DNA of 32,000 nucleotides, taken from assembly GCF_000015145.1 (NCBI RefSeq), contig NC_008818.1, positions 1,500,001-1,532,000 of the forward strand, given 5' to 3'. Positions 1-8,764 of the stretch are shown here, piece after piece; the first letter of the stretch is position 1, and each line of letters opens with the position of its first letter. Below the pieces are notes generated by a model. It was not told where the DNA came from and did not search any database. It saw nothing but the letters and a program-made list of their open reading frames with translations. The position numbers and the translations under genes are program-made. The DNA comes from Hyperthermus butylicus DSM 5456. GTDB lineage: Archaea; Thermoproteota; Thermoprotei_A; Sulfolobales; Pyrodictiaceae.

Positions 1-656
1 TAGGCTTCACCTGCACCGCTATGCCGCCTGCTGCTAGACCCGCTAGGACTGCGGCAAAGACTGCTGGCTCGCTGAATACGGGGATCATCGTGGCAGTATA
101 GACTACTACTTCGAGTATGTGCCAGGGCCTTAGCCTTGACGGGGGACGTAGAAGGGGCCTAGGCGCCGAGGCAAGGTAGGAGATGGCGGCGGCAACGAGG
201 GCGGCGGCAAGGTAGGCTGAGCCCTCCGCGCCAGGGTGAGAGGCTAGTATCGCTGCGTAAGGCTGCACCATCGCCAGCGCATGTGCCGCGAGGGATGCGT
301 GTAGCGCTGCGAGCCCGGAGAAGGCTATGGCTAGGAGGAGGCTCTTCGGAGGCTTGTAGGGGGGCTGGAGTCCGGGCCCCGGAGCAGCTAACGTCAATAG
401 GGCTATGCCGGCGAGCGCCGCCACTGTCTCGGGCCTGGACTCCACGGCTGCCGCAGTCAGCGCTACCGACAGTGCTGTGAGCAGCGAGAGCCATAGCCTC
501 CCCACAGCTGCTGCCGCCGCTGCCACAGCCATGCCTGCTAGCAGCCAGGGCGCGGGGAGAACAGTGTAGGCTAGCACGAGAAGGGCTAGCGCAGCTGTGG
601 GGACGGCGAATCCATGGGCTATGCGGGCGATGCTATCAGCCTCCAAGCCTCCCTCA
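1..656 (-). CDS. Multi-pass membrane protein, partial (continues past the window start)
   Basis: Hand translation of the minus strand gives an open frame ...AHGFAVPTAALALLVLAYTVLPAPWLLAGMAVAAAAAAVGRLWLSLL...SAYLAAALVAAAISYLASA...HILEVVVYTATMIPVFSEPAVFAAVLAGLAAGGIAVQVKP running off the left edge. A TTG near 656 is a possible start, overlapping the end of the DUF58 gene. Start is uncertain. Confidence 0.55.
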
Positions 657-1893
657 CGAACTGCCCGCCGGGGGCCAGGTATAGTCTTGCCCCTGCCCCG
701 CCAAGAACGCTGGAGGCCCTGCCTGCAAGCCTTACCGCAGCCGTGCGGGCCAGCCTGGAGGCCTCTGCGTCGCCCACCGGAAGAACCACTACGACCACCG
801 CGTTTAGCCCCGCGAGACACGAAGCCATCTCCTCGAGCCTGGGCTGGACCAGGGCGTGGGGTCCGGTGAGTACTAGGAGCAGCATGCCCCTGGGGAGCAG
901 GGTTCTAGCCTCCTTGACGGCTCCGCAGAGCCCCCAACCGCTATGGGTTAGGGTCTCGATGGGGTCTAGGCTTGAGAGCTGCGTGAGGAGCTGGTGGAGC
1001 CTCTCCCCAGCCCTGCCTGGCTGCACTGTTAGCCAGACATCGCCGCGGAGCAGCGTGTAGCCGAAGACGCCGCCTAGGCTGGCGATGCTGCGGGCGAGCG
1101 AGGCTGCAAGCCTTGCAATATGATCTCCCGGAGTGTCCCCGGGCTCTCCCGCCCAGCTGTAGCGGGAGAGGTCCACTAGCATGTGGAGCCTCGGCTGCAG
1201 CTCGGAGAGGTCCTCGCGGACCATTAGCCTCCCGACCCTCGCCGTGGCGGTCCACACGATTCTCCTCGGGTCGTCGCCTGGCTGGTACTCCCTCACCTCG
1301 TAGAACTCAAGGCCCACACCATGCACGAGCCTCCTATAGGCCTCGAGGAACCCGTGCACCGGGCTCGGGGCACACGGCTCGGAGAGGCTTGCCACTGGCA
1401 CCGTCTTGATGCTTGCTGGGGTCCTAACCGTGCGACGGTAGACAAAGAAGCCCAGTGGGTCCACGACATCCACGGTCAGCTCGCTGAAGATGTGTAGCCC
1501 TGGAAGGGGCTTCACAGTGTAGGTGTAGGCTGCAGATGCGCCTGGCAGCAGCGAGACACGAAATACTGGGCTCTCCTCAACCCTAACCCTTGCCGGGATA
1601 GCATCGGTCACCACCGCCTCGGCGCGGAGTCTCGACGCGTTGTGTACACGGATAGTCACCTTGACCGGTGCGCCCTCATAGGCTGTCTCTGGCTCCACAC
1701 TCCTCTCAAACATTAGGCCTAGCGCTGCCCTGGAGAGGGTGTAGGCGTAGCCGAGGCTCCAAGCTAGGATCCCCGAGAGGAGGACCGCAAGGCTGCCCGT
1801 TAGCCACGGGTAGACCCCGGCATAGCTGGCTATGAGGAGGGCTGTTATCGACGCGGCAGCCAGGAGCGCCTTTGGCGTCGGCTCTACGGGCAA
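619..1893 (-). CDS. DUF58 domain-containing protein
   Basis: 424 aa; two N-terminal TM segments, then 'FYEVREYQPGDDPRRIVWTATARVGRLMVRE', the typical DUF58 signature; adjacent to a MoxR gene. Confidence 0.88.
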   Translation of the reverse strand: MPVEPTPKALLAAASITALLIASYAGVYPWLTGSLAVLLSGILAWSLGYAYTLSRAALGLMFERSVEPETAYEGAPVKVTIRVHNASRLRAEAVVTDAIPARVRVEESPVFRVSLLPGASAAYTYTVKPLPGLHIFSELTVDVVDPLGFFVYRRTVRTPASIKTVPVASLSEPCAPSPVHGFLEAYRRLVHGVGLEFYEVREYQPGDDPRRIVWTATARVGRLMVREDLSELQPRLHMLVDLSRYSWAGEPGDTPGDHIARLAASLARSIASLGGVFGYTLLRGDVWLTVQPGRAGERLHQLLTQLSSLDPIETLTHSGWGLCGAVKEARTLLPRGMLLLVLTGPHALVQPRLEEMASCLAGLNAVVVVVLPVGDAEASRLARTAAVRLAGRASSVLGGAGARLYLAPGGQFVREAWRLIASPA

Positions 1894-1910
1894 GAACCCT
1901 CTGGCCCTCC

Positions 1911-2858
1911 CTACGGGGGCTCCACACGCTCCAGCACCGAGTCTATGATGTCGTCCACAGTTACGCCTGCAAGGCGGGCCTCAGGCCGCAACACTATGCG
2001 GTGGAGTAGGGCTGGCCTAGCAGCACGCTTGACATGCTCCGGCGTTACGTGGTCGCGGCCCTCTATGAGTGCCAGAGCGCGGGACAGCTGCATCATCGCT
2101 ATAGCTGCTCTCGGGGAGCCGCCGAGGAGTACGTGGGGACTCCTACGGGTCTCCTCGACTATCGAGGCGATGTAGAGCTTCACATTGTAGTCAACGTAGA
2201 CGTTCCATACAGCCTTCCGCAGGAAGAGGAGATCGTCGCGGCTAGCGACGGGCCGTACGGGCCATTCCTCCTCTATGACGCGTACACGCTCCATTATCTC
2301 TACGAGCTCCTCCCTCGAAGGGTAGCCGACGGGTATCTTCGCGAGAAACCTGTCTACCTGCGCCTCGCTAAGCGGGTAGACACCCTCCGACTCGACAGGG
2401 TTCATTGTAGCTATGACGGTGAATGTGTCGGGTAGCCGGAACGTCTTACCCCACACAGTGACCTGGCGCTCCTGCATAGCTTCCAGCAGCGCGCTCTGCG
2501 TCTTGGGGCTCGCACGGTTAATCTCATCCACCAACACTATGTCGGCGAATATGGGTCCCCTGACAAACTCGAACCTCCCATCGCGGTAGACGAATGTGCC
2601 TATTATGTCTGAGGGTAGGAGGTCGGGGGTGCACTGAACCCTGCTGAACTCCACGTTGAAGGCTGAGGCCACGGCACGGGAGAGCAGTGTCTTGGCCACA
2701 CCCGGCACACCTTCGAGCAGCACGTGGCCCCCAGCAGCTATTGCCGCGACCATCAGGTCTACGACGTTGCGTTTCCCGACGACAGCCTTGCTAACCTCCT
2801 CCACGACACGCTGTATAATCATGCGCGCCCTATCGAGCACGACACTGGACTCACTCAC
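1911..2858 (-). CDS. MoxR-family AAA+ ATPase
   Basis: 315 aa; Walker A 'LLEGVPGVAKTLL', Walker B 'ADIVLVDEINRASPKTQSALLEAMQERQVTVWG', typical MoxR spacing; directly upstream of the DUF58 gene. Confidence 0.95.
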   Translation of the reverse strand: MSESSVVLDRARMIIQRVVEEVSKAVVGKRNVVDLMVAAIAAGGHVLLEGVPGVAKTLLSRAVASAFNVEFSRVQCTPDLLPSDIIGTFVYRDGRFEFVRGPIFADIVLVDEINRASPKTQSALLEAMQERQVTVWGKTFRLPDTFTVIATMNPVESEGVYPLSEAQVDRFLAKIPVGYPSREELVEIMERVRVIEEEWPVRPVASRDDLLFLRKAVWNVYVDYNVKLYIASIVEETRRSPHVLLGGSPRAAIAMMQLSRALALIEGRDHVTPEHVKRAARPALLHRIVLRPEARLAGVTVDDIIDSVLERVEPP

Positions 2859-2984
2859 AGCTCCATGCCCTCACAGGATCTGGCACAGTGCGGGGAGGAT
2901 ATACGCTTACCACAACACTAGATCCACGAGGCATGGGGTGTGAGGAGGCCTGCATCGGGGAACCCCGCGTGGGGATGCCCGGCT

Positions 2985-3917
2985 TCACCTGCGGCCGACC
3001 CCTAGCAGTTCTCCCAGCACCTCACGGTAGACCGGTAGCTGCCAGCAGTATCCTGCAGCGCACACCTTCCTGTCCTGGAGGGGCTTGGCTTCGCCGCTGT
3101 AGACAACGTCGTGGGCCTCGAGCAGTTCTAGGAGACGCGGAGACGCTGCATCAGGTCCCTCTTCCACAGCCCTAGCAAGCTCCTCTTGGAGTCCACGGGC
3201 CTCCAAAAGCCTTGCAACTCTCCGCAGCCTAGCCGCAATAGCGCCCCGCCAGAACTCAACATTCCACAGGTACCGATGTGCCAGCAGCACGAGCTCTCCA
3301 GGGTTGCCCTGAGTCAGCTCCCAGAAGCCGTGAGCGTTGAAGCCTTGAGGAGCCCCGAGTCTCCGGGCTAGCTCTGCATAGGATGTAGCGTCTATGCCCT
3401 CGACAAGCACGGGCTCAGCCACCCCACGTAGCATACGTGCGCCTAGAGCCCGGCCAGCCAAGAAGAAGGCTACAGAGACGGCACCACGGGCTACCAGGCG
3501 TTCAGCGAGCCCAGCTAAACCCTCTGCAAAGCCTCTGAGGCTCTCCCCGCCAAGCACACGGTCGACATGATCCACGACAACCACTATCCTGAGCCCCTGG
3601 GCTGGAAACCCACCAACAACCACGGGCAGTGCTAGAACCATGCCACGCCCCACTGGGACGTTAGGCGATACGGCTGCGCGGAATCTTGCAACCAGCAGGG
3701 GGGTCCCAGAAACAGCCAGGTCCTCCCTCTCACCCTCAAACCCATCCACATAGGCCACAGCATACCCCGAGACGTGCGCGAGGCTGCTGATAAACCAGCG
3801 GAGAAGACTCGACACGCCAACACCGCGGGGGCCATAAACGTAGTAGACCCCGCCACCGGCGGCAAGGCTGAGCAGCTCGCGCAGCTCGGCGGAGCGGCCC
3901 AGCATTCCGGCCTGCAC
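2985..3917 (-). CDS. Archaeal ATPase-like (STAND/AAA) protein with a degenerate Walker A
   Basis: 310 aa; 'VYYVYGPRGVGVSSLLRWFISSL' in P-loop position, 'LRIVVVVDHVDRV' in Walker B position, ArchATPase-like C-terminal region. Confidence 0.6.
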   Translation of the reverse strand: MQAGMLGRSAELRELLSLAAGGGVYYVYGPRGVGVSSLLRWFISSLAHVSGYAVAYVDGFEGEREDLAVSGTPLLVARFRAAVSPNVPVGRGMVLALPVVVGGFPAQGLRIVVVVDHVDRVLGGESLRGFAEGLAGLAERLVARGAVSVAFFLAGRALGARMLRGVAEPVLVEGIDATSYAELARRLGAPQGFNAHGFWELTQGNPGELVLLAHRYLWNVEFWRGAIAARLRRVARLLEARGLQEELARAVEEGPDAASPRLLELLEAHDVVYSGEAKPLQDRKVCAAGYCWQLPVYREVLGELLGVGRR

Positions 3918-3939
3918 GGCTACACTGGCCCCTACAGCG

Positions 3940-5407
3940 CTACGTGGGCAGTGCTAGGTCTACTAGTGGCCTGAGCTGGTTGTAGAGCTTTTCCAGCCGA
4001 TCCCTCGGGATGAAGGCTGAGGCTAGTTCTGCTGCCTCGCGCCGGGAGACTATGCGGAGCCGGCCATAGGCTATGTATGAAGCGGCAAATAGTATGAGTG
4101 CAGGGACAGCGGGGACCGAGGCGAGCCTCGCAGCTGCGGCCAGCAAGGCTGGCATAGCCACAGCTACCAGAAGCTTTCTGGGCTCAACCCTTAGCTCCAG
4201 CTGCCTAGCCACATACACCGCCGCTAGCCCCGTGTATGCTTCGAGAGTGTATGCTATAGCTGCTCCCAGGCCTCCATAGAGGCTTGCAAGTGGCGCGTAG
4301 AGGATTATCCTTGGCAGGTTCTGAGCAAACCCCATGCCTGCCACGGTATGGTACCGGTTTCCTGCATAAGCCAGGCTTGACACCGCAGTATAGAACACCA
4401 TTGCCGGCGCCGAGGCTGCCAGGATGCTTAATGCTGTAGAGGCTTCACGGTAGCTCTTCCCGAGCAGGCCCAGGACGAAGCCAGGATATGCTACTATGTA
4501 GGCTGAAACAGGCATAGACAGCGCGAGCGCTATGCGGAGCGACGCTGATGCCAGCTCGCCTCTACCATGCTCGACACCGCTTAGTACCGGGAGGAGCATC
4601 GAAGCAATACTCGTACCTATCGCTGCTGCAAACCCCGCTATCATCACAGCGATATAGTAGTGGCCCGTCTCCACGCTCGTCGAGGAACCGTAGACGGCTA
4701 GTACGCCGAGCCACTGACCGGCAAGAACCATTACGCCGGGGAGCCAGGAGGCCAGCCCTGCCGTAAGCACCTCCCTCAGCGCCACCGGGTCCACGGCAAG
4801 GCTTATACCAACCATCCTAGCCACGTAAGCCGCCGACACGATTAATATGACGAGGCTCATAGCGGCAAACCCAGCCACCGCGCCAGCCCACCCGAACCCT
4901 AGAACTACTAGGCCTACACCCACAGCTATGCGGGCAGCATTACCAGCAAGGAACGCTAAAAGCTGTAGATCGGTCCGTAGCAAAGCCACGAGCATTGATA
5001 CGAAGAGGTTTGTAGAGGAGAGCGCTACGAGCAGGCCAGCTGCAGCAAGCATTGCCGCGCTATAGCCTCCAAAGCCGCCGCAGCAAGCGGCATAGAGGAC
5101 TAGTATGGCGCCTAGGGAGGGATAGATCGCTGCCAACGGGATTACCGTGCTCCAGAAGTAGCGGGAAGCACAGCCGCGGAAACCGGCAGCCATCAACATA
5201 CCTCTGCAGGCCGGCACCAGCGCCGAAACTGAGTACGCCAGCTACCAGCATGGAGAAACCTACAACAGCTGAGGCTGTACCAACAGCACCGGGGTCAGCA
5301 ATTATGGATACGAGCAACCAGAAGATGAAGCCCGCAAAGCTGTTCACGAGACTAGCAGCGTAGAGGAATATCCCGCTGCGAAACACTGTTGCGAGCCCTT
5401 GCACCAT
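3940..5407 (-). pseudogene. Oligosaccharide flippase / polysaccharide biosynthesis (MATE/Wzx-like) membrane protein, frameshifted
   Basis: N-terminal part in ORF 5060..5407 (MVQGLATVFRSGIFLYAASLVNSFAGFIFWLLVSIIADPGAVGTASAVVGFSMLVAGVLSFGAGAGLQRYVD) and the rest in ORF 3940..5217 (...SRYFWSTVIPLAAIYPSLGAILVLY... to the C-terminus). The two overlap in different frames. Together they give one flippase-length protein; switch near 5150-5200. Confidence 0.65.
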
Positions 5408-5538
5408 TAGCCGACAGCCTCACCCTCCATAGCCAGCCTAAGAGGGCCATGCAGCCCCCCTTAAAAGAAGATAAAACTACGCCGCCATGGATGAGCCATG
5501 CGGAATATCCTAGACCGTAACTCTACATAGAGCATGGA

Positions 5539-6318
5539 CTACATACGTAGCAGCTCTGCGAGCAACGAAGCTGCCAGGACAGCAGTGAGTATGGCAGCTA
5601 TCCTCTCCGGCTTTGCCCGGTTAAGGAGCCTAGCCGCAACCGGCAACGAGGCTAGCACACCCAGCACTAGCATGGCTGTGTAAGCTGGCTCTGTATAACC
5701 AGCCAGGGTGTAGGGTGCTGCGACAGCCATGAATGCTGGCCGTTTCGCCGCTGGAACTAGTGCTATGGCGCTCCGCAAGTCGATGCCTGCAGCCAGCTGG
5801 GCTGCAACCATTATTATACATAGCCTCCACCCAAGATTGCCTTATCCACGCCAGCAAGAACCCCAAGAGCTGCAGCCATGGCTACTGCTTCTCTCCGACC
5901 CTGCAGGATTCGTACGGGCTGACTTGCCGTGGCGGGCTAGGAGCAAGAGTGGCGGTACGAGCGTGGCGAGGGCCAAGGCGTATGCCATGTGTGCTTCGCG
6001 GATGCTGAGCCGGACTGCCAGGGTTGATGCTGCTAGCGCCGCTGCCGTGGATGAGGCCGCCAGGACTACTATGACTCTCTTGGCATTGTCTATTGCTTCT
6101 GGTGCTATGTTGCCAGCCCGTCTATGCGCCATGAGCGCCGGGATTATCGTTAGGATCTGGACTGCTGCCGCTGCCGCCGCTACAGTACGTGGATCCCGGC
6201 CAAAGACTACGACCAGAATTAGGCTCGCAGCTAGCCCGAAGCCGAGCCCGAGCCCGTAGTCTGCCAGGCCTGCAGCAATGCCTGCCACCAGCCACACTGC
6301 AGCCTCGACAGCCTCCAC
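5539..6318 (-). pseudogene. TauE/SafE-like sulfite/anion exporter family permease, frameshifted
   Basis: N-terminal half in ORF 5842..6318 (...ASLILVVVFGRDPRTVAAAAAAVQILTIIPALMAHRRAGNI...), a middle piece in a second frame (VRILQGRREAVAMAAALGVLAGVDKAILGGGY) and the C-terminal half in ORF 5539..5811 (IIMVAAQLAAGIDLRSAIALVPAAKRPAF...). All three match the TauE/SafE pattern. Confidence 0.6.
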
Positions 6319-6340
6319 GACGTGTCAGCCCATTAATTAC

Positions 6341-6354
6341 ATATAATTAAAAAG
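6341..6354 (-). promoter_or_regulatory. Candidate archaeal TATA box for the TauE/SafE-like gene
   Basis: AT-rich ATATAATTAAAAA in GC-rich surroundings, about 26 nt upstream of the GTG start at 6318, compatible with a leaderless transcript. Confidence 0.4.
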
Positions 6355-6372
6355 CCGGGCCATACCTCCCCC

Positions 6373-6389
6373 TAATAATATTTAATTAA
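6373..6389 (+). promoter_or_regulatory. Candidate archaeal TATA box for the RHH-sat transcript
   Basis: 'taataatatttaattaa' lies between divergent genes, upstream of the likely ATG at 6434. Confidence 0.35.
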
Positions 6390-6433
6390 TGCGCTCTTAC
6401 CAGCTCCTGCCCTCTAACCGGGGCCCAACCGGT

Positions 6434-6670
6434 ATGACCGACCAGCCTCGAAGAACGAAGTACACCACTGTCTCGATACCCGTGACGCTCTACGAGAGGA
6501 TTAAGAGGCTGATAGAGGGAACAGGGTTCACCAGCGTCTCACAGTTCGTGACCTACGTGCTGCGAGAGGTCGTGGCTGAGATGGAGGAGGAGAAGCTCCG
6601 GAGCGAGGCTGTAAGCGAGGAGGAGAAGAAACGCATCATAGAGAAGCTCAAGGCCCTAGGTTACCTCTAG
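6434..6670 (+). CDS. Small ribbon-helix-helix (CopG/MetJ-like) protein
   Basis: MTDQPRRTKYTTVSIPVTLYERIKRLIEGTGFTSVSQFVTYVLREVVAEMEEEKLRSEAVSEEEKKRIIEKLKALGYL. The track ORF begins at 6389, but the internal ATG at 6434 fits the promoter position and domain start better. Directly upstream of sat. Confidence 0.75.
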   Translation: MTDQPRRTKYTTVSIPVTLYERIKRLIEGTGFTSVSQFVTYVLREVVAEMEEEKLRSEAVSEEEKKRIIEKLKALGYL

Positions 6671-6690
6671 CCGGTGGAGGTGCATGAATA

Positions 6691-7860
6691 ATGGTCTCCC
6701 GTCCTCACGGCGGCAGGCTGGTCGACCGCACGGTCTCTGATAAGAGGAGGGAGAGGCTAAGGGAGGAGGCGAGAGAGCTACCCGCTATCCGGCTTACAGC
6801 CGGGCTAGCAGCTGATGTTGCCAATATAGCGCATGGCGTGTATAGCCCGCTGGAGGGCTTCATGCTGCAGGAGGACTACCTGTCAGTGCTGGACGAGATG
6901 AGGCTAAGCAATGACCTCCCCTGGACCATACCGATCATCCTCGATGTCGACCCAGGAGAGATAGCGGGGGTCAGGGAGGGCGACGATATAGCATTAGTGT
7001 ATAACGGCAAGCCGATAGCGTTGATGAGGGTTGAGGAGATATACGGGTGGGACCGGAAGGAGTATGCTGCCAAGGTGTTCAAGACCACTGACCCCGCACA
7101 CCCAGGCGTCGCAAAGACCATGAAGAGGAAGGAGCTCCTCATAGGCGGCCCGATAGACCTCATCGAGGACCCGCCAGAGCCGTTTGAGAGGTACCGGCTC
7201 TGGCCCAAGGAGACACGGGTTCTCTTCAAGGCACGGGGCTGGAAGACCATAGCAGCGTTCCAGACGCGTAACGTGCCACACCTAGGCCACGAGTACGTGC
7301 AGAAGGCAGCACTCACATTCACCGACGGCCTGTTCGTAAACCCCCTGGTGGGCTGGAAGAAGCCCGGCGACTACCGCGACGAGGTTATAGTCGAGGCTTA
7401 CCAGGCGCTGATAAAACACTACTTCCCCGTGGAGAGCGTGGTCTTCAGCGTCCTGAGGATGGAGATGCGCTACGCCGGGCCACGCGAAGCAATACACCAC
7501 GCCATCGTCAGGAAGAACTTTGGAGCAACACACTTCATAGTTGGAAGGGACCACGCAGGCGTGGGCAACTACTACGGGCCATACGAGGCCTGGGAGCTGT
7601 TCCGGGAGTTCCCCGACCTCGGAATAACGCCGCTCTTCGTCCGGGAGGCCTTCTACTGCCGGAAGTGCGGCCAGATGGTTAACGAGAAGATATGCCCTCA
7701 CCCCGAGGAGTACCGGGTGAGGATTAGCGGGACGAAGCTCCGGAGGATGCTGCTGGAGGGGCAGAGGCCGCCAGAGTACATGATGAGGCCCGAGGTTGTA
7801 GACGTTGTTCTAAAGCATCCCAACCCGTTCATAGAAGGGGACGAAGCATTCCAAGAATAA
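6691..7860 (+). CDS. sat: Sulfate adenylyltransferase (ATP sulfurylase)
   Basis: 389 aa; 'AAFQTRNVPHLGHEYVQKAAL', 'LFVNPLVGWKKPGDYRDEVIVEAYQALIKHYFP', 'MRYAGPREAIHHAIVRKNFGATHFIVGRDHAGVGNYYGPYEA'. Confidence 0.97.
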   Translation: MVSRPHGGRLVDRTVSDKRRERLREEARELPAIRLTAGLAADVANIAHGVYSPLEGFMLQEDYLSVLDEMRLSNDLPWTIPIILDVDPGEIAGVREGDDIALVYNGKPIALMRVEEIYGWDRKEYAAKVFKTTDPAHPGVAKTMKRKELLIGGPIDLIEDPPEPFERYRLWPKETRVLFKARGWKTIAAFQTRNVPHLGHEYVQKAALTFTDGLFVNPLVGWKKPGDYRDEVIVEAYQALIKHYFPVESVVFSVLRMEMRYAGPREAIHHAIVRKNFGATHFIVGRDHAGVGNYYGPYEAWELFREFPDLGITPLFVREAFYCRKCGQMVNEKICPHPEEYRVRISGTKLRRMLLEGQRPPEYMMRPEVVDVVLKHPNPFIEGDEAFQE

Positions 7861-7912
7861 TCCTCCAGGATGAGGGCCCGCGACACCACGAGAGCCCTCA
7901 CCAAACCCCTAC

Positions 7913-8358
7913 CTACCCTGTTCCGAGGAGCTCCCGCGACGATATTGTTTCAATGCGCCGACCCAGCAGCTCCACCACGGTCTTCTCCATACTTCTCACA
8001 CGCTTCCTGAGCTCGCCATCATCGGTCACTAGTACAGCGTCAAGCATACCGGCAGCCACCACGTAGGATGCATCGTAGAACGTTATGCCGAGTTCGTATG
8101 CCACCCTAAGCGTCTCAAGGCTACTTGCCTTCACGAACCGCATGCGCTCAGAAACCCTTAAGACGGCTTGCAGAAGCTTTAGTGCATCCCCAGCACTTAT
8201 CCGTCTAGTAGCTTAGCCTCCTTCCAGACAGCATTGCCCACCTCGTATAGTGTTAGGTCGAGCAGATAACCTCCCTCAAGAACTGCCAGGGGGTCAACGC
8301 TGCCGCGGATAATGTTTAGCAGCGCCGAGGCGTCAAAGAGTAGCCTATCTCTCCTCAC
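7913..8358 (-). pseudogene. VapC-like PIN-domain toxin, frameshifted
   Basis: N-terminal half (GTG at 8358) VRRDRLLFDASALLNIIRGSVDPLAVLEGGYLLDLTLYEVGNAVWKEAKLLDG*. C-terminal half in another frame: ISAGDALKLLQAVLRVSERMRFVKASSLETLRVAYELGITFYDASYVVAAGMLDAVLVTDDGELRKR... Together a complete PIN domain. Confidence 0.75.
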
Positions 8359-8602
8359 GGCTCTCCCTCACAAGCCTCACAATCTCCTCGGGAGGTATCC
8401 CCTCCAGGATCCGCCTGGCCTCTCCCAACAGTCTGCGCAACTCGGCATCCTCTCTACGCTTAACCTCCTCCTCAAGCGCCTTGCGTACAACCTCGCTGAT
8501 GTTTATCCCGTATCTCTTAGCCTTCTCATAGAGCTCACGGCTAATCCGGGCTGAGACCACAACAGAACCCATCAGCAATCCCCAACCGTAATACATTCGC
8601 AC
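8345..8602 (-). CDS. VapB-like ribbon-helix-helix antitoxin
   Basis: MGSVVVSARISRELYEKAKRYGINISEVVRKALEEEVKRREDAELRRLLGEARRILEGIPPEEIVRLVRESREER. Its end overlaps the start of the PIN gene. Actual start probably internal, at MGSVVVSARI. Confidence 0.75.
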   Translation of the reverse strand: MRMYYGWGLLMGSVVVSARISRELYEKAKRYGINISEVVRKALEEEVKRREDAELRRLLGEARRILEGIPPEEIVRLVRESREER

Positions 8603-8764
8603 GTAGCACGCTATAAGCAGTACAGACCGGCAGAGGGCAACGCAGCAAGAGAAGGGAGGCCCAAGCTTCCCTTCTCCTCCAGGTACGCGTAGAGCCGGTT
8701 ACTGCGACAGGCAATGCTATAATTGGCTTTGAGCCCTTCTGGCAGATGACGGGGGCGCTGAATT

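Noticed and set aside
159-494. 111-aa minus-strand ORF
   Set aside because: Low-complexity, Ser/Arg/Pro-rich translation, out of frame with a convincing hydrophobic ORF (1-656) on the same strand.
614-1409. Plus-strand ORFs of 90-148 aa opposite the DUF58 gene
   Set aside because: Antisense to a well-supported gene; composition typical of spurious ORFs in GC-rich DNA.
5060-5407. Programmed ribosomal frameshifting as an explanation for the flippase split
   Set aside because: No obvious slippery heptamer or stable downstream structure seen, and other frameshifts occur nearby, so an indel is simpler.
5729-6259. 176-aa plus-strand ORF
   Set aside because: Antisense shadow of the Ala/Val-rich TauE/SafE-like permease; translation is Ala/Arg-rich without domain features.
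6876-7701. Antisense ORFs over sat (148, 95, 139 aa)
   Set aside because: sat is unambiguous on the plus strand and these translations show no family pattern.
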